IMG/VR virus record: IMGVR_UViG_3300024324_000009
Span: 96,001-160,000 of that record
Origin: a virus
Length of the DNA: 64,000 nucleotides
Reading direction: 5' to 3' (one strand)
Positions 63,350 through 64,000 of this stretch are shown piece after piece. Every line of letters starts with the position of its first letter. Positions within the stretch are counted from its first letter, which is position 1. The notes under the pieces were generated by a model. The model saw only the letters and a program-made list of their open reading frames with translations, was not told where the DNA came from and made no database searches. The position numbers and the translations under genes are program-made.

Positions 63350-63803
63350 CACTTTCCTCCTCCTCATCCTCATCGTCAAAACAATAATCTGCTAGACCTA
63401 ATCCTAGTTCTTCACCAAGATGTCTGACATTTTTGTCATCGACCTTTTTCTTATACAGATGAAAGGATTCTGTCTGACTACTCCAGCATACTTCTATCAT
63501 ATCAGATGCCGCCATTTTAGATAACATAGACTGATAAATGTCGTCAGCTAAAATCCCAATAATCTCGTCTACAGCTGGATCAGCTATTCTAGCGTGACGT
63601 TTCTTTCCGGTCTTTTTATTTAACTTTGGCTTTTCATAATAGTACAATACTAATTCATGAACTGCACTCAGTGTTACATATTCGTCTAACTCTTTTTCAG
63701 GCAGGTCGCAACCAAGTAGTTCGCATACAAGTGCGTTTGACATATTTCTTATACCTTTACAGAAGTCTTTCATTCTATTTATTGTATAGTATTTAGCTTT
63801 CAT
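63342..63803 (-). CDS. hypothetical protein
   Basis: start refined to MKAKYY; acidic tail. Confidence 0.65.
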   Translation of the reverse strand: MKAKYYTINRMKDFCKGIRNMSNALVCELLGCDLPEKELDEYVTLSAVHELVLYYYEKPKLNKKTGKKRHARIADPAVDEIIGILADDIYQSMLSKMAASDMIEVCWSSQTESFHLYKKKVDDKNVRHLGEELGLGLADYCFDDEDEEEESDD

Positions 63804-63804
63804 A

Positions 63805-64000
63805 TCACTTGCCTTCCTTTGCCTTGAGTTTATGAACTCTATGTTTGGTTTTAACGTATCGACTGCCGTTGTCGGAATAGTCTTTACCCATATATATGTG
63901 ACAGAAGCCGTTGCCAGACTTTCCAATTCCCCAAGCTAGGATACCCTTATTGTCGATACCTATAACTTGATGCTTACCTCTGCAACCCATAGAAAGTGTA
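63805..64000 (-). CDS. hypothetical protein, 5'-partial
   Basis: frame open to the window edge. Confidence 0.55.
   Translation of the reverse strand, partial: TLSMGCRGKHQVIGIDNKGILAWGIGKSGNGFCHIYMGKDYSDNGSRYVKTKHRVHKLKAKEGK

Noticed and set aside
1-64000. Stop-codon reassignment, CRISPR array, canonical tRNA or rRNA, IS elements
   Set aside because: Genes are full length under code 11 with all three stops used; no repeat-spacer array, full cloverleaf or transposase seen by eye

Overview
A 64-kb, AT-rich, densely coded segment of a large lytic dsDNA phage; all credible genes but one lie on the minus strand. The host is very likely a planctomycete: the window carries a DUF1559 prepilin-like protein, a DUF1549/DUF1553 cytochrome-c plus DUF1501 pair, and an LExRxLL export-motif protein. 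Phage hallmarks are rIIA/rIIB, a phage-type RecA, an ATP-dependent DNA ligase, a tail-fibre N-terminal domain, three HNH nucleases and a phage sigma factor. Other content: nucleotide metabolism (nrdJ, dCMP deaminase, guaC, PhoH), a large glycan-synthesis and decoration kit, four protease families, and SET, macro, kinase and PAP2 proteins. Most notable: (1) a volactin-like actin with a membrane partner and an exported thioredoxin; (2) RuvB paired with a zinc-ribbon/RuvA-domain-III fusion; (3) a phage-borne planctomycete cytochrome/DUF1501/ferredoxin module; (4) several structured ncRNA candidates, two directly upstream of HNH genes; (5) pseudoenzymes (a dead papain-like paralog, a dead DeoC); (6) two promoter classes, TTGACA-N16-TATAAT and GGTGTA; (7) apparently complete CCWGG avoidance. 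All family assignments come from motif recognition by eye; no searches were run.
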